Shown one piece after another: positions 17,424 to 28,337 of a stretch of DNA of 64,000 nucleotides. A program made the translations under genes and the position numbers. The stretch's first letter is position 1. Each line of letters opens with the position of its first letter. The notes beneath the pieces were generated by a model. That model saw only the letters and a program-made list of their open reading frames with translations, searched no databases and was not told the origin of the DNA. This DNA comes from Verrucomicrobiales bacterium. GTDB taxonomy: Bacteria > Verrucomicrobiota > Verrucomicrobiia > Verrucomicrobiales > DEV007. Location: positions 20,092 to 84,091 of the forward strand of contig JBGSJM010000216.1 of NCBI GenBank assembly GCA_041742015.1, in the 5' to 3' direction.

Positions 17424-18704
17424 ATGCTTTCGAAACTCCACTATTGTTGTGTTCTTCTATTTTGTCTGGTCTCAAGCGCCTCGGGCGAGGACTTTGTTTT
17501 GCGGAAAGCAGTTGAATGCACTCCCCGGGGCGGTTTACCGAACATTCGCAAAAAAATTGAAGCTGGCCAGACGCTCAAAGTCGCTTATTTGGGCGGCAGC
17601 ATCACTGCGGCTCCGGGCTGGAGGATCAAATCCCGGGAATGGCTGGCGGCTCAATACCCGAAGGCGAAGTTCGAGGAAATCCATGCGGCGATTGGTGGAA
17701 CGGGCTCCGATCTCGGGGTGTTCCGGCTGGAAAACGATGCTCTTCGGCACTCGCCCGACCTGCTTTTTGTTGAGTTTGCGGTCAATGATGGCGGAACCAA
17801 TCCCAGCCAGATTCACAAGGCGATGGAAGGTATCGTGCGGCAAACCTGGCGGTCAAATCCCGAGATCGATATCTGCTATGTTTACACATTGACTGATAAA
17901 ATGTTGCCGGATCTCAAAGCCGGTAATATGCCGAAAGCCGCAAGCGCCATGGAGGTGTTGGCGGATCACTACTCGATTCCCTCGATCCACTTTGGGGTCA
18001 AGGTTGCTGCAATGGAAACCGCCGGTGAACTCATCTTCAAAGCGCCCCAGCCCAAAAAAACGGCGGAGACAAAACCGTGGGTTTTCTCCAGTGACGGAGT
18101 TCATCCTTTGGTGGAAACGGGTCACCAAATCTATACCGACACCATCGCCCGCTCCTGGCCTGCGATCTGGGAAGCCGGTACCACTCCAGGACCGCACGTG
18201 ATGCCCGATCCAGTGCGGAAAGACAACTGGGAAAAAGCCCGCCAGATCCCGATCACGGAATCGATGCTGAAAGGTTCCTGGACCAAACTGCCGGACGATG
18301 ATCCGCTACTGCAGGTCTTTGCCAAAAATATGCCCCAGCTTTTCCGGGCAGATGCCCCGGATGCGGCGCTGGTTTTTGCGTTTGACGGAACCACTGCTGC
18401 GGTGTTTGACCTGCTCGGGCCGGATGGCGGCCAGCTCACGCTGCAGCTCGATCAGGACGCGCCAAGCACGGTCAATAAAATCGATGCCTACTGCACCTAT
18501 TACCGGATGGCCAAAACGCAAATCGCCACCGACATCAATCCGGGGACTCATCAGGTCACCATCACACTGACCAACGGGAAAATCGACAAACGGAACATTT
18601 TGTTCGAGCAAAATCGAGAGTTTTTCGACAAAAACCCCGAAAAATTCGAAAAAAATCTCTGGTATGCCAGTTCCATTCTCGTGATTGGTGATGTCGTGAA
18701 GTGA
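17424..18704 (+). CDS. SGNH/GDSL hydrolase (acyl-CoA thioesterase-like)
   Basis: YLGGSIT, GGTGS, EFAVND, DGVHP blocks; signal peptide. Confidence 0.88.
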   Translation: MLSKLHYCCVLLFCLVSSASGEDFVLRKAVECTPRGGLPNIRKKIEAGQTLKVAYLGGSITAAPGWRIKSREWLAAQYPKAKFEEIHAAIGGTGSDLGVFRLENDALRHSPDLLFVEFAVNDGGTNPSQIHKAMEGIVRQTWRSNPEIDICYVYTLTDKMLPDLKAGNMPKAASAMEVLADHYSIPSIHFGVKVAAMETAGELIFKAPQPKKTAETKPWVFSSDGVHPLVETGHQIYTDTIARSWPAIWEAGTTPGPHVMPDPVRKDNWEKARQIPITESMLKGSWTKLPDDDPLLQVFAKNMPQLFRADAPDAALVFAFDGTTAAVFDLLGPDGGQLTLQLDQDAPSTVNKIDAYCTYYRMAKTQIATDINPGTHQVTITLTNGKIDKRNILFEQNREFFDKNPEKFEKNLWYASSILVIGDVVK

Positions 18705-18778
18705 TTCAATTTTTTGATCGGGGCACGGGAAATGGCCTAAGGTTTTCTCCCGTTCCGGGTCATTTATGATCAGACCAT

Positions 18779-21700
18779 ATGAAAAACGTCTTTTTTTCGC
18801 GCCTGCTCCTCGTTTTACTCTTTTCAGTATCAGGTTTTGCCTTGTGCGCCGATGATCCGAAAGATAACGCTATGAAAAAGTCCCGTCAGGCTGCTTTGAA
18901 AAAGGTCGATGAAGCTGAGGAAAAAGGCCGACCAAAAACTGCCATCGAAGCCCTTGATCCGATTCTGGCCAGTGCCAAAGCGGAGGGCTACTACGCAGAA
19001 GCCGTCAAAGCCCTGGTCCGGAAAATCACCCTGGAAGGCCAGATCGAAGGACGCAAGGCCGAGGAAAAAATCGCCCGTCTCGAAGCGGAAATCCCAGGCT
19101 GGCCAAAGGACTCGCAGCCGATTCTGGAAACAGTTCTCGCCCACTGGTATTGGCAATTTTTCCAACAGAACCGGTGGCGGTTTCTGGAGCGCACTCAGAC
19201 GGCGGAGGCTCCCGGCAAGGATATTTTGTCCTGGGATCTTTCCCGCATTCTCGCCGAAATAGACAAGCACTTTACGACCGCTCTCGCCTCGAAGGCGGTT
19301 CTCCAGACCGTCCCTATCGCTGATTACGATGATCTACTCGAAAAAGGAGCATTGCCCGACAGTTACCGCCCGACCCTGTATGACTTTATCGCTCATGAAG
19401 CGCTCAGTTTCTACTTCGCGGGCGAGCAGGCGGGCTCCAAAGCTCAGGATTCTTTTGATTTCTCCGCTGATACTCCTGCTTTTGGAACGATTGATGAGTT
19501 TCTCGCCTGGAATCCAGCAACCACGGATCTGGATTCGCCGAAATTAAAGGCCATTCGCCTCCTGCAAAGCCTCCTCGCCGCCAACAAAGGCGACAAAGAT
19601 CAGGACGCCTATAGGGATGCCGACCTCGCCCGGATCAAGTTCGCCATGAACGCCGCCTACGGGCCGGACAAAGACGAGCGAGCCACTTTGGCTCTCGAAG
19701 CCTTTGCCAAAACCTGGGCTGACCATCCCATCTCCACCCGTGCCCGTGCTGACTGGGCCAATCTGGTGCGCAACGAAGGTGATCTGGTCAGGGCTCACCA
19801 GATCGCCAAACAGGGTGCAGATGCTTTTCCCAATACACTAGAAGGCAACCAGTGCCACAACCTCATCGCCGAAATCGAAGCCAAACAATCCAGCCTCACC
19901 ACAGAGCGGGTCTGGAACGCTCCCTGGCCAAAGCTGCAGCTCCGCTACAAAAACGTGAGCGAAGCTCATTTCCGGATTTACCCTTACGTTTGGGAGGATC
20001 TGCTCAACGACAATCATTGGTCAGTCGAGCACCTTGCGGAAGAGGATGCGAAAAAGCTACTCAAAACCAAAGCCGCTGCGGAGTGGAGTGTCACTCTGCC
20101 CGTTACCGCCGATTACCAGGAACGCGAAGAGTCCATTGATGTCCCCAAAGATCTCAAGGCCGGTTTCTACTTCGTTTTCGCCTCCCACGATCAGGATTTC
20201 ACCAGGGAAAAGGAGAATCGCACTTCTTCTGCGGCGGTCTGGGTCAGCGACCTGGCCCTCGTCACTCGCATCCAACTGTGGGACGGGGAGGTCGGGGGCT
20301 TTGTCTTAAACGCCATCACTGGCGAACCGCTCGCCGGGGCAGAGGTGAAAGGCTGGAAGCAGGGTCAAAACAATCAGCGGATCGCTTTGCAACCTGTCAA
20401 AACGGATGCGAACGGCCTTTTCCGATTCCCCGGGGTTGAAGAAGGAATCATCATAAAGGCAAGCCACGGGGGCCATCACGTCACCACCCTCCACGACGTC
20501 AGCAACTTCAGCCATCAACAGGAATTTCACGACCAGCACATCACTTATTTTTTTACCGACCGCTCCCTTTACCGCCCGGGCCAGACCATCAGCTACAAAG
20601 GTCTCTCCGTAAAAGTTAATCCCGAAAAAGATAACTACCAGGTCGAGAAAAACCTGGCGGTCGAAGTCGTCTTCTCTGATGTCAACGGTCAGGAGATCTC
20701 CCGCCAGAATCACCAGACCAATGAGTTCGGCTCGTTTCACGGCAGCTTCACCGCGCCACGGGACCGGCTGATGGGACAAATGATGATTTCCACCAATGGA
20801 AACACCCAGGGCAACACTTCCATCAATGTCGAGGAATACAAACGCCCCAAATTCAAAGTCACCCTCGACGCCCCGACCGATGCCCCCCGGGTGGAAGGTG
20901 CCGTCGAGCTGGTCGGCACCGCGACGACTTACAGCGGAGCCGCCGTGGATGGCGCAAAAGTGAAGTATCGCGTGGTCCGCGAGGTACGATATCCCAGTTG
21001 GTGGCACTGGTGTTTCTGGTGGCTCCCACCCCACCAGGGTGACAGCCAGGAAATCGAGCACGGCGAAACCAAAACCGGAGTGGATGGAAAATTCAAACTC
21101 ACCTTCACCGCCCTACCGGACCGCTCCGTTCCCGCCGAAGACGAACCCTCTTTTTACTACACCATCCACGCTGACGTGACCGACCCCGCTGGTGAAACCC
21201 GCTCCAGTTCCCGAACTGTGACAGTCGGTTACACCGCCCTCCAGGCTTCACTTTCTGCAAATGACTGGCAGGTGAAGAACGAGCCGGTGAAAATAGATTT
21301 ATCTACTTTGACCCTGGATGGGGAAGGCCAAGTCGCCCAGGGAACCATCAAGGTCCATCGCCTGGACGAGCCAAAAACCGTTCAACGCGGGGTCTTAACC
21401 AGCCACAGTCCCTGGTATCCCGGATGGGTTTTCGTCAACGGAAAACGCGAACGCCCCACCCCGAAACCTGATCTATCCAACCCGAATTCCTGGGCGCTCG
21501 CAGATGTCGTCGCCACTACCGAATTCACCACCAATGAAGCGGGAAAAGCAGAGCTGACATTTAACCTCGCGCCCGGCATCTACCGAGCCATGCTGGAAAC
21601 CAAAGACAAATTTGGGAAAGCCGTCACCGCACGGCTCCCACTACAGATTCTCGATCCCGCAGCAGCTACATTTCCACTCGTAATCCCAAACCTAGTCGCG

Positions 21701-24700
21701 GCCCCACGCTGGACCGTCGAGCCCGGCGAAGAGTTCAAGGCCATCTGGGGCACCGGCTACCAGGCGGGGCGTGCGTATATAGAAATCGAACATCGCGGCA
21801 AAAATCTGCAAGCCTACTGGACTGTTCCCGGCAAAACCCAGACGCTGTTCACCCTGCCAGTGGAGGACACGATGCGGGGCGGCTTCACTCTGCGCGTCAC
21901 CCAGGTCCGGGAGAACCGTGCCTACATCACCCAGCGCACCGTCTCCGTGCCCTGGTCAAACAAAAAATTGGAGATCAAATGGTCCCACCACACCTCCAAG
22001 CTCGAGCCCGGTCAAAAAGAAACCTGGACCGCGACGGTGAGCGGCCCCAATGCCGAAAAAGCCGTGGCAGAAATTGCCGCCGCGCTTTACGATGAGTCAC
22101 TGGATGCCTATCTCCCCCATCGCTGGATGAGCGCCTTTGATGTATTTCGTCACGACCATTCGCGAATGAGTTCCCATTTTCAAAATCAGATCAGGGGCTT
22201 TGACGGATTATCAGGTTTTTGGTCCAGTGATATGAAACCAGTTGATTTGCGATACCGATCATTCCCGGAATTCATTAAGGGCCAGGACATGGGTGGAATA
22301 CACCCAATGACGGGGAGATCGACGATGATGAAAAGAGGCGCACCCATGGCTGGCATGCCCGCCATGGAAATGGCGGCAGATGCGGTGGAAAGCCCTGCCC
22401 CAGTCCCGGCAGCACCCGCCGGGCTTGGAGCCGCAAAAAATGGTGGCACTCCTCCGACCCCGGCCCCGGCTCCAGCCCCTAATCTCGACAACGTCTCCGC
22501 CCGGACCAATCTCCAGGAAACGGCCTTCTTTTTTCCGAATCTCATCTCAAAGCCGGATGGTAGTGTGGATCTGGAATTCACCATGCCCGAAGCTCTGACC
22601 ACTTGGAAATTCTTCGCCTTTGCGCATGATGCTGATTTGCGCTCCGGTTTCCTGTCCGACTCGGTCATCACCCAGAAAGACATCATGGTCCAGCCCAATC
22701 CGCCTCGTTTCCTGCGCGAGGGTGATCAACTGGAGTTCACCGTCAAAGTCATCAACCTCTCTGACATCCCCCAGAGCGGCACGGTGCGGCTGACTTTTGA
22801 TGAATTAAACAGGGTACAGTCGGCGATTGAACAGGGTACAATTGACCAGAAACTGGGGCTCACCGAAACCGACCAGGCCTTCGCGATCCCCGGTAAAGAG
22901 TCCCGCACCTTTTCCTGGAAGCTCTCGGTCCCCGATGGCCAGGGCTTCCTCAGCTACAAAGCGGTGGCATCCACCGGAAAACTCTCCGATGGCGAAACCG
23001 GTTTTCTACCCGTCCTGCCGCGCCGGATTTTGGTGACGGAGTCGATGCCGCTGCCGATCAGAGATGCTGGTTCCCGTGAGTTTTCTTTCACCAAATTTCT
23101 GGAATCGGGCAAATCCGACTCGCTGCAAAATGAGAGCCTCACCGTGCAGATGGCTTCCAATCCCAGTTGGTATGCGGTCATGGCGCTTCCTTATCTCATG
23201 GAGTATCCCCACCAGTGTTCCGAGCAAATATTTAATCGACTCTATGCCAATTCCCTGGCCCGGCATATCGGAAATTCGAACCCAAAAATCAAGCAAGTCT
23301 TTGAGCAATGGCGCGGTACCCCGGCGCTCGACAGCCCGCTGGAGAAAAACGAGGATTTGAAATCAATAGTCCTCGAAGAAACTCCCTGGGTTCGCCAAGC
23401 CCGGAAGGAAAATGAATCACGGCAAAATGTGGGCATCCTCTTTGATGACAATCGTATCGAAGCCGAACTCAAAAATGCCCAGAAACAACTCGCTGAGAGG
23501 CAGTCAGGAGATGGTTCATGGTCGTGGTTTCCCGGCGGTCCGGGCAATGACTATATCACTCTTTATATCACCAATGGTTTTGGGCGGCTTCGCCACCTCG
23601 GAGTTGAAGGTCTGGATATGGAACCCGCCTTCAAATCCCTGAATCGTCTCGATGCTTGGATCAAAAAACGCTACGAAGATATCGTAAAACAAAAGCTGGA
23701 GAAGAGTGAGAATCTCGATCCCACGGTGGCACTTTATCTATACTGCCGCAGTTTCTTCCTCGAAGACAAGCCAATCGCCGCTGAAAATCAGGTCGCCATC
23801 AACTACTTTCTCGAACAGGCCAGCAAACACTGGCTAAAGCTCAGTCGCCAGTCGCAGGGGCACATCGCCCTGGCCCTGCATCGGTTTGATGTACATAAAC
23901 ATACGCCGAGTGACATCGTGATTTCCCTTCGCGAAAATGCCAAAAACGAAGAGGAAATGGGTATGTATTGGCGTGACACGGAGTATAGCTACTGGTGGTA
24001 TCGGGCTCCGGTGGAAACCCAGGCACTCATGATTGAGGTTTTCGACGAAGTGGCTGGTGATCAGCGTGCCGTGGAAGATCTAAAAGTCTGGATGCTGAAG
24101 CAAAAGCAGACCCAGGACTGGAAAACCACCAAGGCCACGGCAGATGCAGTTTATGCCCTGCTCCTGCGTGGCTCGGACCTGCTTGCTTCACAGGAGATGG
24201 TGCGGGTTTCCCTGGGTGGCAAAGTGATAACCCCGGAAAAAGTCGAGGCGGGTACGGGCTTTTATGAGCAAAAGCTGATTCGCACTGAAATTCAGCCAGA
24301 CTACGGAAAAGTAACCGTGACCAAAGCGGATCCCGGGGTGGCTTGGGGAAGTCTGCACTGGCAGTACTTCGAAAGTATGGAGAAGATCACTCCCCACGAA
24401 GGCACTCCACTAACCCTGACCAAAAAACTCTACATCAAGGAAAATACCGCAAAAGGCCCCGTCCTGACCGAGTTAAAAACTGGAGGCACCATAAAAGTGG
24501 GGAATGAAGTAGTGGTTCGTCTGGAGCTGCGCACTGATCGCGACATGGAATACCTGCATCTCAAAGATCAACGCGGCGCTGGAACGGAACCAATCAATGT
24601 CCTTTCCACCTACAAATATCAGGATGGTCTGGGCTACTACGAATCCACCCGCGACACTGCGAGTCATTTCTTTATCGATTACCTGCCGAAGGGTACCTAC

Positions 24701-24829
24701 GTGTTTGAATACTCCATCCGGGTCCAGCACCGTGGAAACTACCAAAGTGGCATGGCCAGCATCCAGTGCATGTACTCCCCGGAGTTCAACAGCCACTCGG
24801 GAAGTGCCGTGATGGAAGTGAAAGAGTAG
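18779..24829 (+). CDS. Bacterial alpha-2-macroglobulin family protein
   Basis: 2016 aa; FTDRSLYRPGQ (MG2), EEYKRP, ETAFFFP, PRFLREGD, thioester YPHQCSEQ. Confidence 0.95.
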   Translation: MKNVFFSRLLLVLLFSVSGFALCADDPKDNAMKKSRQAALKKVDEAEEKGRPKTAIEALDPILASAKAEGYYAEAVKALVRKITLEGQIEGRKAEEKIARLEAEIPGWPKDSQPILETVLAHWYWQFFQQNRWRFLERTQTAEAPGKDILSWDLSRILAEIDKHFTTALASKAVLQTVPIADYDDLLEKGALPDSYRPTLYDFIAHEALSFYFAGEQAGSKAQDSFDFSADTPAFGTIDEFLAWNPATTDLDSPKLKAIRLLQSLLAANKGDKDQDAYRDADLARIKFAMNAAYGPDKDERATLALEAFAKTWADHPISTRARADWANLVRNEGDLVRAHQIAKQGADAFPNTLEGNQCHNLIAEIEAKQSSLTTERVWNAPWPKLQLRYKNVSEAHFRIYPYVWEDLLNDNHWSVEHLAEEDAKKLLKTKAAAEWSVTLPVTADYQEREESIDVPKDLKAGFYFVFASHDQDFTREKENRTSSAAVWVSDLALVTRIQLWDGEVGGFVLNAITGEPLAGAEVKGWKQGQNNQRIALQPVKTDANGLFRFPGVEEGIIIKASHGGHHVTTLHDVSNFSHQQEFHDQHITYFFTDRSLYRPGQTISYKGLSVKVNPEKDNYQVEKNLAVEVVFSDVNGQEISRQNHQTNEFGSFHGSFTAPRDRLMGQMMISTNGNTQGNTSINVEEYKRPKFKVTLDAPTDAPRVEGAVELVGTATTYSGAAVDGAKVKYRVVREVRYPSWWHWCFWWLPPHQGDSQEIEHGETKTGVDGKFKLTFTALPDRSVPAEDEPSFYYTIHADVTDPAGETRSSSRTVTVGYTALQASLSANDWQVKNEPVKIDLSTLTLDGEGQVAQGTIKVHRLDEPKTVQRGVLTSHSPWYPGWVFVNGKRERPTPKPDLSNPNSWALADVVATTEFTTNEAGKAELTFNLAPGIYRAMLETKDKFGKAVTARLPLQILDPAAATFPLVIPNLVAAPRWTVEPGEEFKAIWGTGYQAGRAYIEIEHRGKNLQAYWTVPGKTQTLFTLPVEDTMRGGFTLRVTQVRENRAYITQRTVSVPWSNKKLEIKWSHHTSKLEPGQKETWTATVSGPNAEKAVAEIAAALYDESLDAYLPHRWMSAFDVFRHDHSRMSSHFQNQIRGFDGLSGFWSSDMKPVDLRYRSFPEFIKGQDMGGIHPMTGRSTMMKRGAPMAGMPAMEMAADAVESPAPVPAAPAGLGAAKNGGTPPTPAPAPAPNLDNVSARTNLQETAFFFPNLISKPDGSVDLEFTMPEALTTWKFFAFAHDADLRSGFLSDSVITQKDIMVQPNPPRFLREGDQLEFTVKVINLSDIPQSGTVRLTFDELNRVQSAIEQGTIDQKLGLTETDQAFAIPGKESRTFSWKLSVPDGQGFLSYKAVASTGKLSDGETGFLPVLPRRILVTESMPLPIRDAGSREFSFTKFLESGKSDSLQNESLTVQMASNPSWYAVMALPYLMEYPHQCSEQIFNRLYANSLARHIGNSNPKIKQVFEQWRGTPALDSPLEKNEDLKSIVLEETPWVRQARKENESRQNVGILFDDNRIEAELKNAQKQLAERQSGDGSWSWFPGGPGNDYITLYITNGFGRLRHLGVEGLDMEPAFKSLNRLDAWIKKRYEDIVKQKLEKSENLDPTVALYLYCRSFFLEDKPIAAENQVAINYFLEQASKHWLKLSRQSQGHIALALHRFDVHKHTPSDIVISLRENAKNEEEMGMYWRDTEYSYWWYRAPVETQALMIEVFDEVAGDQRAVEDLKVWMLKQKQTQDWKTTKATADAVYALLLRGSDLLASQEMVRVSLGGKVITPEKVEAGTGFYEQKLIRTEIQPDYGKVTVTKADPGVAWGSLHWQYFESMEKITPHEGTPLTLTKKLYIKENTAKGPVLTELKTGGTIKVGNEVVVRLELRTDRDMEYLHLKDQRGAGTEPINVLSTYKYQDGLGYYESTRDTASHFFIDYLPKGTYVFEYSIRVQHRGNYQSGMASIQCMYSPEFNSHSGSAVMEVKE
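22803..22846 (-). repeat. 22-bp-phased TGTACCCTGT cluster 3 (2 units, inside A2M CDS)
   Basis: AACAGGGTACA at 22808 and 22830. Confidence 0.85.
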
Positions 24830-24912
24830 GGCATATTGAAAGATTTCGGCATCGCCAAACACGAGCCCATCACTCCATCACTACGATTTCCTTTTTTGGA
24901 TTTTGCTGCTAT

Positions 24913-26136
24913 CTATTTTTTGAGGAGGGCATTTCCCAGACTAAAGACTGGTGCATAAATTGCGTAGACCAACCCGGCGACAAGGCTGCCCAGCATAACG
25001 ATAGTGATCGGCTCGATGAGTTTATCGATCTGGTTGGCAATCGTGTCGAGTTCATCTTCATAGTCCTCGGCAATTTCATCCAGCAGTTCAGTTCCTGATC
25101 CGGTTTCAGCAGCCACTTCCATAAGACCGCAAATCATACGTCCGTCATTTCCCAACAAGTGAGACTCGATTAGGAAGGCGTCTGGCATGGTTCTTCCATT
25201 CAAAATATGCTCCCTAACTTTGTTAAAAAACATTTTGTAGTGGTGATGCCAGCAGGTCTGGGCGGTGATCTCGAGGGCGGTGGCCATGCGGACATTAGCC
25301 CCAATCAGCAGGGCTAGAGTTCTGAAACCGATCGCGGCGGCGGATTTTCTAATGATGTTACTGATGGAGGGCAGCTTCAAAAAGAAGTCTTGCACCGATG
25401 GGATCGCGCTGAATTTGCCCCAGTTTTTGAAAAACATAACCAAGGCCACAACAGGTAAGGCAGCCAGCCACGGTTGTTTCAGAAGAATGTTGGAAAATGC
25501 CATCATAATCTTGGTTGGAGCTGGCAATTCTGTATTTAAAGAGGTGTAGAGCTTGCTCATGGCCGGAACGAGGGTGAAACTCATCACGATCACGACAATT
25601 AAACCAATTGAAACCACAACGCCCGGATAAATCATCCCGGTTTTGAGTTTCTTGACAATTCGTGAGCTTTTCTTTTGGGAATCAGCGATACGGCGAAAGA
25701 TTTCCGGCAGTTTACCGGCTTCTTCTCCTGCCCTGATAAGTGCAATGATGTCGCTTGAGAAGAGGTAGGGTTTTTTGGCCATTGCGTCGCTCATTTTCTC
25801 CCCCTGGGAGATCTCTTCGGCGATATCAGCAATAGCCCCTTTCATTTTAGACGACTTGACCCGGCTCGCCTGCAACTGGAAGCTTTTAATGATGGGTAGG
25901 TTTCTATCAAAACAACGCGCCAGACCACTAAACAGGGAAACTTTGTCGTCGAGAGGAATTTGTGATGAGGTCAAGCGTTGGATGGATTCATCCATTCCAA
26001 CCACATCTTTAATCTGAGCGGTTTCAACCGAGGTTTTGCCAGCACCGATCAGAGCCTTGGAATCCGAAGCTGTATCAATTACGACGCTTGATTTACGTCC
26101 CGAATGGACATTGGTTAGTTCTACTTTCTTTAACAT
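24913..26136 (-). CDS. pilC: Type IV pilus/T2SS inner-membrane platform protein (PilC/GspF)
   Basis: AGEEAGKL, MIYP, TELPAPT, LIEP..TM; two T2SSF domains. Confidence 0.9.
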   Translation of the reverse strand: MLKKVELTNVHSGRKSSVVIDTASDSKALIGAGKTSVETAQIKDVVGMDESIQRLTSSQIPLDDKVSLFSGLARCFDRNLPIIKSFQLQASRVKSSKMKGAIADIAEEISQGEKMSDAMAKKPYLFSSDIIALIRAGEEAGKLPEIFRRIADSQKKSSRIVKKLKTGMIYPGVVVSIGLIVVIVMSFTLVPAMSKLYTSLNTELPAPTKIMMAFSNILLKQPWLAALPVVALVMFFKNWGKFSAIPSVQDFFLKLPSISNIIRKSAAAIGFRTLALLIGANVRMATALEITAQTCWHHHYKMFFNKVREHILNGRTMPDAFLIESHLLGNDGRMICGLMEVAAETGSGTELLDEIAEDYEDELDTIANQIDKLIEPITIVMLGSLVAGLVYAIYAPVFSLGNALLKK

Positions 26137-26170
26137 TTTGGCGAAGAGTTAGGGTGGGATTTAAAAAAAT

Positions 26171-26605
26171 TTATGGATTGGGTCGCATCACATGGATGTT
26201 GAAGGTGCGCAATGCACTATGGGAGCCCCCGGTCCAGGAGTTGGCTCCAGACGAACTGGTGGCGGCGGAGGGGGTGTATCTCATCCTGATGTCGGTAAAA
26301 TCAACTGTTCCCAGACCAGCCACCGTTTTTGTATCAGCTGTATAAAGTATATCATACACCACTGGCTCCTTCGGAAGAAGGTTTTCAATTTCGGAAGTAC
26401 TGACCCCGATTTGAAAGAGTGTGGCAATATTTTCAAGGTGATTGAGTGCTCGGACCGTGCGCTCAGACATTTCTTCCTGAGTTACCATGGACAGACTTAA
26501 TGAAGAGGCTGCTGCGATTGCCCCCATCATTACCGCGCTGGCTACCAGGGTCTCTATGAGGGTATAACCGGCTTGAATGCGGTTCTTTAAATTGGTTTTC
26601 GTCAT
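26171..26605 (-). CDS. Minor pilin/pseudopilin (PilV-like)
   Basis: Class III signal QAG^YTLIETLV with E5. Confidence 0.85.
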   Translation of the reverse strand: MTKTNLKNRIQAGYTLIETLVASAVMMGAIAAASSLSLSMVTQEEMSERTVRALNHLENIATLFQIGVSTSEIENLLPKEPVVYDILYTADTKTVAGLGTVDFTDIRMRYTPSAATSSSGANSWTGGSHSALRTFNIHVMRPNP

Positions 26606-26622
26606 AGTTTGCTACGAATTTT

Positions 26623-28323
26623 CTATCTATAGGTTTCAATCCAGGCATTTCGGCTAACGAGTGATTCAATAAAATCAGTATCAGTTTCCCGGTCGAGAGT
26701 TAGAGTCCCTCCCTCCACCCTGATGGAATGATCCGCTCTGATGCCGCCGAACAAAGTGACAGTTGAAACAGCGGTTACATCCCATTCAGAGCTGACGCCC
26801 TCCAGCTCAGTGAGAAGCTTCCATTGGATATAAGGAGAGGGACTGTTGAAAATGAATCTGGTTTTGTTGGTTCCGGCAGTTGCCGGATCACCGGAGATAT
26901 CGATCAGATCTGCACCGTCGAGCACACCTCTTTGGGAAATCGCCAGAGCAACTCTTCTCTGGTTGGTGAGCCCTTCCAGTCTTACTGTGGTGAGCAAAAG
27001 GTTATCTGGATTCTTGACAGCGATCACCCTCGGTTGAAGAAGGGATGCGTCATCGGCAGCGGTAGTATTTGTCTGACCTTCAATGATGAGTTGCGTCACA
27101 TTGGAAAGCAGCAAATTTGGCAAATAGAGCGATTGGAGAGACAAGGATACGGTTCCCTGGCCATCCGAGATAAAACTGTAACCTGTGTTGTTGAGGATGG
27201 TTCTTCTGGTGGCATCACCGACTGATACGCTGGGATTCGCCAAAGCGATAATAATATCATCAGGGAGCGGTGCCTGTGAATTAAGCAGAGGTAAAAGGTA
27301 TGAATCGCTGACTGCTGGAACGCGATTTAAAAGCACCTGGATCACATTCGAAGAAAGCGGTGAATTTGAGGCCAAAAGGCCGACCAGAGTTGATTCGGTG
27401 ATGGATCCGTTAAGGATTGCAGCGATTAGAGTGGAATCGTTGCCAGTAGCTGAAACCGTAGCTGGTCCCAGCGCGTCGGTTGCCCCCACTTGACCATCGG
27501 CAGACACGTGCCCACCAATGGCAGCCAGTCTTTGGAAATATGAATTCGCTCCAGAGGTCGAATTATTTACAATATCAAGCTCACCTTTGTAATGATTACC
27601 GCCCGGCACACGGCCTACCGTTTGAACGAAATTTATATAGTTTGAGGGTTTGACTGCGTCCTCGTCGGGATTTTCAAGAACTAGCTTGGGAGCGTTTGTC
27701 GCTGGGAGTATCACCTCAAGTGATCTCATCGTAGAGCTTGCATCCTGATAATAGTCTCCTTTCCAAAACACCGCCCTTCCCTTGACTTTTAAATCACCAG
27801 AGATTCGCATTTGCTCAGATGCGACTTCGGGAGTTGGGTGAATCGACAACAGGTCACCTGCAAGAGCTGGGTTATAGCTCCGCATTTGGTATTGGAAAGG
27901 ATACTGATTGGCTCCATCACCTATTTGCACGGTCAAATCCCTTGAAAATGCCCTGATTGGGGAGGCCCCTGTTGGATGGGAACGCGCTGTCGAACTGAAA
28001 GTAAAGGCTGATTTGTCAAAGGCACCTATCGTAACCGATCCCCAAATGGGAGAGGTTCCCGCCGTATAGGTTTGATCAGCCGTGAGTATGACATCATCAG
28101 TCAGATAGTTCTTATATATCACCTCCCGGGCGAGCGCTTTGCTGTTGTTAAAGACGATCCGACGAGTTAAACCATCAAACTGTGCCTCCGCCAGGTTTGA
28201 TCGGGCACCGATAACAGAAATGGTCGCGAGAACGCCGAGGGTTCCGATGGCGCTAATGACCAGAGCCACCACCAAAACACTTCCATGGGCGGTTGATTGC
28301 TGATTGTGTGGATTCGATTTCAT
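26623..28323 (-). CDS. Large PilX/GspK-like minor pilin
   Basis: HG^SVLVVALVI class III signal lacking E5; 566 aa. Confidence 0.75.
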   Translation of the reverse strand: MKSNPHNQQSTAHGSVLVVALVISAIGTLGVLATISVIGARSNLAEAQFDGLTRRIVFNNSKALAREVIYKNYLTDDVILTADQTYTAGTSPIWGSVTIGAFDKSAFTFSSTARSHPTGASPIRAFSRDLTVQIGDGANQYPFQYQMRSYNPALAGDLLSIHPTPEVASEQMRISGDLKVKGRAVFWKGDYYQDASSTMRSLEVILPATNAPKLVLENPDEDAVKPSNYINFVQTVGRVPGGNHYKGELDIVNNSTSGANSYFQRLAAIGGHVSADGQVGATDALGPATVSATGNDSTLIAAILNGSITESTLVGLLASNSPLSSNVIQVLLNRVPAVSDSYLLPLLNSQAPLPDDIIIALANPSVSVGDATRRTILNNTGYSFISDGQGTVSLSLQSLYLPNLLLSNVTQLIIEGQTNTTAADDASLLQPRVIAVKNPDNLLLTTVRLEGLTNQRRVALAISQRGVLDGADLIDISGDPATAGTNKTRFIFNSPSPYIQWKLLTELEGVSSEWDVTAVSTVTLFGGIRADHSIRVEGGTLTLDRETDTDFIESLVSRNAWIETYR

Positions 28324-28337
28324 GTATGTGTTTGGAA

